Source of the DNA: Acidobacteriota bacterium
GTDB taxonomy: Bacteria; Acidobacteriota; UBA6911; RPQK01; JADFOI01
Length of the DNA: 64,000 bases
NCBI GenBank assembly: GCA_963663035.1
Contig: OY760074.1
Location: forward strand, 1,408,001 to 1,472,000
Direction: 5' to 3'
The position numbers and the translations under genes are program-made. The notes under the pieces were generated by a model. It was not told the DNA's origin and ran no database searches. It saw nothing but the letters and a program-made list of their open reading frames with translations. How positions within the stretch are numbered: position 1 is the stretch's first letter; each line of letters opens with the position of its first letter. Positions 59,905 through 64,000 of the stretch are shown here, one piece after another.

Positions 59905-60888
59905 TCAGCTCTCCTCATTGACGGGCCGGCCTTGCTCATCCAATCTCATGGCGAAGGAAAGTCCCATGCCGGACAGAATCTCCCGAATTTCATTCAAGGA
60001 CTTGCGGCCAAAGTTCTTGGTCTTGAGCATTTCCGCTTCGCTTTTGGTGACCAACTCCCCGATGTTTCGGATATTGGCGTTTTTCAAACAGTTATAGGAA
60101 CGTACGGAGAGCTCCAATTCCTCCACTGACTTGCTGAGGTTCTCGTTGATGGAGTCAAGTTCTTCGTCTTCCTCTTCTGTTTCCGGGACCTCGGGCTCTT
60201 CTTCAAAATTGATAAAGATATACAGGTGATCCTTGAGAATCTTAGCGGCTTGTCCCACAGCATCTTGCGGCGAGAGACAACCGTTGGTCCAAACATCCAG
60301 GTTGAGCTGATCATAGTCGGTTAACTGCCCCAGTCGTGCGGCCTCAACATGAAAATCAACTTTCTTGACCGGTGAATACACTGATTCCAGAGGAATATAG
60401 GAGATGTCCAGGTCCTCGTCGAAATTCTCACCGGCCGGAACGTATCCGCGTCCAGCCTTGACCCGCATTTCCATTTTCAGACTGGCAGCATCATTGACGG
60501 TGGCAATAAAGATATCCGGATCCAATATCTCCACATCCGGATCGGGTTTGATATCGCCCGCTTTCAGATCGCCCGCACCAGTCGACTCCAGGTAGAGGGT
60601 CTTAGGGCGATTGACGTGAAGCCTGATGGGGATTTTCTTCAAATTCATTATGATGTCGGTCACATCCTCTCTCACCCCTGGGATGGATGAGAATTCATGA
60701 AGTATTCCCTCAACCTTGACTGCCGTGATGGCCGCACCCTCGATTGAGGAAAGAAGCACTCTGCGCATTGCGTTCCCAATCGTGGTGCCGAAGCCTCTCT
60801 CGAAAGGCTGAGCCTGGAAATTTCCGAAGGTCGGGCTGGCTGACTTCGGATCACTAAAAAGTCTTTTGGGTCTTTGAAAACCTGCCAT
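59905..60888 (-). CDS. rpoA: RNA polymerase alpha subunit
   Basis: [21 protein letters not shown]; [10 protein letters not shown]; NFGRKSL. Confidence 0.98.
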   Translation of the reverse strand: MAGFQRPKRLFSDPKSASPTFGNFQAQPFERGFGTTIGNAMRRVLLSSIEGAAITAVKVEGILHEFSSIPGVREDVTDIIMNLKKIPIRLHVNRPKTLYLESTGAGDLKAGDIKPDPDVEILDPDIFIATVNDAASLKMEMRVKAGRGYVPAGENFDEDLDISYIPLESVYSPVKKVDFHVEAARLGQLTDYDQLNLDVWTNGCLSPQDAVGQAAKILKDHLYIFINFEEEPEVPETEEEDEELDSINENLSKSVEELELSVRSYNCLKNANIRNIGELVTKSEAEMLKTKNFGRKSLNEIREILSGMGLSFAMRLDEQGRPVNEES

Positions 60889-60930
60889 ATATAGTCTCCA
60901 ATATTTCTTTTGATGGACGGACTGATGGTG

Positions 60931-61566
60931 TTACTTAGAATAGAGCTCGACGATCAGTGACTCTTCTATGGGCATCCCGATGTCCTCCTGCCGGGGTAAC
61001 TCGAGTACCTGGCCTTTGAAATTTCCGCCGTCGAGCTGAAGCCAGCCGGGAACTCCTCGTCCTATCGTTTCTTCCATATTGCTGAGAATCAGCACATTCT
61101 TCTGACTCTTCTCCCGAATCGAGATCTCATCGCCTTTGGATACCAGACAGGAAGGGATACTCATTTTTCGACCATTGAGCATAACATGGCCGTGCCGGAC
61201 CCACTGCCGCGCCTGACTTCTGGAGCTGGCAAATCCGAGACGGAAAACAACGTTGTCCAGGCGCTGTTCCAAAGACTGCATCAGCAGTGCGCCAGTGATT
61301 CCCTTCTTGCGGGCAGCCTTTTCGAAGTAGCGTCGGAACTGCTTCTCCAGCACGCCATACATGCGTTTGACTTTCTGCTTCTCCCGAAGCTGCAGTCCGT
61401 AGCCCATAATTTTTCTTCGAAAGCGGCTCCTGCGTCCTTGCTCACCCGGCACAAAGTTTCTCTGCTCGATTGCGCACTTTTCGGAGAAGCATCGCTGCCC
61501 CTTCAGGAACAGCTTCATCCCTTCTCGTCTGCAAAGTCTACAAACAGGCCCTGTGTATCTTGCCAA
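60931..61566 (-). CDS. rpsD: 30S ribosomal protein S4 (Zn-binding form)
   Basis: ARYTGPVCRLCRREG..RLDNVVFR..IVELYSK. Confidence 0.98.
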   Translation of the reverse strand: MARYTGPVCRLCRREGMKLFLKGQRCFSEKCAIEQRNFVPGEQGRRSRFRRKIMGYGLQLREKQKVKRMYGVLEKQFRRYFEKAARKKGITGALLMQSLEQRLDNVVFRLGFASSRSQARQWVRHGHVMLNGRKMSIPSCLVSKGDEISIREKSQKNVLILSNMEETIGRGVPGWLQLDGGNFKGQVLELPRQEDIGMPIEESLIVELYSK

Positions 61567-61602
61567 AACTCTAGCTCCTAACTCCTATCTGCTTCTTCAC
61601 GG

Positions 61603-62010
61603 TCACACCCGGCGTCGTTTGGGCGGCCGACATCCATTGTGAGGAATGGGAGTGACGTCCTTAATGGTACGAACACCCAATCCTGCCGCCTGCAATGATC
61701 GAATGGCAGCCTCCCGCCCGGCACCCGGCCCCTTGACCCTAACGTCGCAGTACTTCATTCGGTACTGATCACGAGCGGCTACTGCGGCTGCATGAGCCGC
61801 TTGAGAGGCTGCAAAAGGCGTACTCTTGCGACTTCCCCGGAAGCCCCTTGCCCCGGCGCTGCAGGTGGTGAGCACATTACCCTCTAAATCCGTGATGGTA
61901 ATCACGGTGTTGTTAAAGGTCGCCTTGATGCAGGCAATCCCGTGCACGACGGTGATCTTCTCTTTCTTCTTCTTAGATCTCTTCTTGGCTGTCTTTTTTA
62001 CCTTGGCCAT
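61603..62010 (-). CDS. rpsK: 30S ribosomal protein S11
   Basis: [30 protein letters not shown]. Confidence 0.98.
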   Translation of the reverse strand: MAKVKKTAKKRSKKKKEKITVVHGIACIKATFNNTVITITDLEGNVLTTCSAGARGFRGSRKSTPFAASQAAHAAAVAARDQYRMKYCDVRVKGPGAGREAAIRSLQAAGLGVRTIKDVTPIPHNGCRPPKRRRV

Positions 62011-62024
62011 CTTCTGTGCTTGGT

Positions 62025-62393
62025 CTACCTCTTCCTTCTATGAATTCCCGCCTTACGTGGACCCTTTCTGGTACGGGCGTTGGTATGGGTCCTCTGGCCA
62101 CGCACGGGAAGGCCCCGCCGGTGACGCAATCCACGGTAACAGTTGATATCCATCAACCGCTTGATATTCAGCTGCAGTTCTTTGCGAAGATCGCCCTCCA
62201 CCCTTCCCTCATCCTGAATCAACTTGCGAATGCGCACTGACTCCTCTTCAGTCAAGTCTTTGATCAATGTATCCACACTCACATCGGCCTGCTTCAAGAT
62301 CGAGGTGGCCCGTGATTTCCCAATCCCATAGATATAGGTCAATGATATCTGGGCCCGCTTATTGTCGGGAATATTCACTCCTTCTATTCGCAT
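62025..62393 (-). CDS. rpsM: 30S ribosomal protein S13
   Basis: [25 protein letters not shown]. Confidence 0.98.
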   Translation of the reverse strand: MRIEGVNIPDNKRAQISLTYIYGIGKSRATSILKQADVSVDTLIKDLTEEESVRIRKLIQDEGRVEGDLRKELQLNIKRLMDINCYRGLRHRRGLPVRGQRTHTNARTRKGPRKAGIHRRKR

Positions 62394-62409
62394 AGAACCT
62401 CCATGAGTT

Positions 62410-62523
62410 TCATCCCTGACGTTGTTTGTGCTTGGGATTCGTACAGATCACTCGCACAACACCCTTCCGTCGAACAATTTTGCATTTCGCACAAATCTTT
62501 TTCACCGAGGCTTGAACTTTCAT
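62410..62523 (-). CDS. rpmJ: 50S ribosomal protein L36 (not in ORF track)
   Basis: [37 protein letters not shown]. Confidence 0.97.
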   Translation of the reverse strand: MKVQASVKKICAKCKIVRRKGVVRVICTNPKHKQRQG

Positions 62524-63281
62524 CAGCTGAGCCCGTTCAGTTCACTCAAAATCCATGGCCCATTGTCTGTCACGGCCACTGAATGCTCGAAGTGAGCACT
62601 GTACCCACCATCGGCCGTCACCGCTGTCCACTTGTCATCCAGCACTTTGACCTCAGGCCCTTGACTGTTCACCATGGGCTCGATGGCCAGAACCATTCCT
62701 TCAACCAGCCTTGGTCCTCGTCCCGGTTGGCCGTAGTTGGGCACCTGAGGTTCCTCGTGCAGGGAGCTGCCAATGCCATGTCCCACAAACTCTCGTACGA
62801 CTGAGAACCCGTTGGCTTCCACAAAGTCCTGGATGGTGGAGGAAATATCGGATACCCGGTTTCCCACCATGACCTTTTTAATCCCTTTATACAGTGAGTC
62901 CTTCGTCACTTCGAGGAGGAGTTTCAAATCGTCAGAAATTTCGCCCACCGGGAAGGTCCAGGCGGAATCCCCACAATATCCCTTATAGTGAACGCCCACA
63001 TCCAAGCCGATGATGTCCCCTTCCTGCAAAGTCCCATCGTGTGGAATCCCGTGGACAATCTGATCGTTCACCGACGCACACAGGGTTGCCGGGTAGCCCT
63101 GGTAACCCTTAAAGGCCGGACGAGCTCCCAGTTTGTTAATCATCTCCTCGGAAGTTCGATCGAGTTCGGCAGTCGTCGCTCCTGGTTTGACCAGAGTCCC
63201 TAAATGGTTCAGTACCTGTGCAACGATCAGGTTCGCTTCTCTCATCTTCTTCAGTTCCGCTTTCCCCTTACAAATAATCAT
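62523..63281 (-). CDS. map: Methionine aminopeptidase type I
   Basis: [33 protein letters not shown]. Confidence 0.97.
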   Translation of the reverse strand: MIICKGKAELKKMREANLIVAQVLNHLGTLVKPGATTAELDRTSEEMINKLGARPAFKGYQGYPATLCASVNDQIVHGIPHDGTLQEGDIIGLDVGVHYKGYCGDSAWTFPVGEISDDLKLLLEVTKDSLYKGIKKVMVGNRVSDISSTIQDFVEANGFSVVREFVGHGIGSSLHEEPQVPNYGQPGRGPRLVEGMVLAIEPMVNSQGPEVKVLDDKWTAVTADGGYSAHFEHSVAVTDNGPWILSELNGLS

Positions 63282-63288
63282 GACGAGA

Positions 63289-63978
63289 CTATCGGTCAAC
63301 ACTCAAAGGTGGCTTGCCCGTCTTTTCCTTTTGACTCAGTAGTTTCCCTGATATCTCCTCAAACACAGCTTGAGGACTCAGGTTTCCATTGATTTCTATG
63401 AACACTTCCTTATTCGTGTAAAAAGCAACTAATGGCTCAGTTTCCTCCCGGTACACTTGAAGACGCTTCCGGACAACCTCAGGGCGATCATCTGGACGAT
63501 GAATCAGCTCTGCTCCACAAGCGTCACACACATCCTCCTGACCAGGAGGTGAGAAGTAGACATTGCAGATCTTACCACATTCCATACAATATCTCCGTCC
63601 CGACAACCTTTTCACCAGGAGTTCCTCATCCACTCGAAAGTTGACGACCCAAATCAGAGTCTCTCCTGCCATCTGTTCCAACAGGTCAGCTTGGGCCAGG
63701 TTGCGAGGAAAACCGTCCAACAGGAAACCTGCTTTCCCGCCCGAAGACCCCATACGCTCACGAAGCACATCAGCCACCAACTGGTCTGGCACCAGTTCCC
63801 CTCTTTCAATGATCTGGCCCACCTGACTTCCCAGCCCGGTTCCTTCCCGTGCTTTCTCTCGTAGGAGATCACCCGTCCCCAACTGGATCAAATGAAACTC
63901 CCTGGCCACCCTTTCGGCTTGAGTTCCCTTTCCAGCCCCAGGCGCTCCCAAAAATATGAGGATGTTGTCCTCTATCAC
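63289..63978 (-). CDS. adk: Adenylate kinase (Zn-lid)
   Basis: GAPGAGKGTQ, LDGFPR, CMECG..CDACG. Confidence 0.97.
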   Translation of the reverse strand: MIEDNILIFLGAPGAGKGTQAERVAREFHLIQLGTGDLLREKAREGTGLGSQVGQIIERGELVPDQLVADVLRERMGSSGGKAGFLLDGFPRNLAQADLLEQMAGETLIWVVNFRVDEELLVKRLSGRRYCMECGKICNVYFSPPGQEDVCDACGAELIHRPDDRPEVVRKRLQVYREETEPLVAFYTNKEVFIEINGNLSPQAVFEEISGKLLSQKEKTGKPPLSVDR

Positions 63979-64000
63979 CCCCTTCTCCCTCGTATCCTTC
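63975..64000 (-). CDS. secY: SecY extreme C-terminus (partial)
   Basis: RIRGRRG* overlapping the adk start; gene order supports secY. Confidence 0.6.

Overview
The window has two parts. Positions ~1-58,770 look like a heavily decayed accessory region or genomic island. It ends at a tyrosine-integrase remnant abutting the 3' end of tRNA-Asn (58770-58845). Positions ~59,000-64,000 are core chromosome: the end of the spc/alpha ribosomal cluster, secY'-adk-map-rpmJ-rpsM-rpsK-rpsD-rpoA-rplQ, with infA missing from its usual place. The host is probably an Acidobacteriota-like bacterium (inference from RpoD and kinase-remnant style only). The accessory part starts with a putative defence locus: a UvrD helicase-Fe-S nuclease fusion, an unannotated PD-(D/E)XK-like protein, a DNA methyltransferase made of a dead plus a live catalytic domain, and a convergent GmrSD-type gene. 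Next come plasmid-type partition modules, one flanked by 8-bp tandem repeats. A NhaR-like LysR regulator has one AT-rich operator/promoter motif that recurs four times, in front of terC-baeRF-nhaA, a small Zn-ribbon gene, and a gene run ending in a divergent second rpoD. The region also holds extra copies of housekeeping-type genes (rpoD, mreB, ilvD, PPi-type pfk, class I aldolase) and many pseudogene fragments. Mobile elements are IS5, 3x IS3, IS1380 with a remnant and a 56-bp MITE, and 2x inverted IS256. No CRISPR array or rRNA was seen. All calls come from reading the sequence and motifs; no database searches were run.
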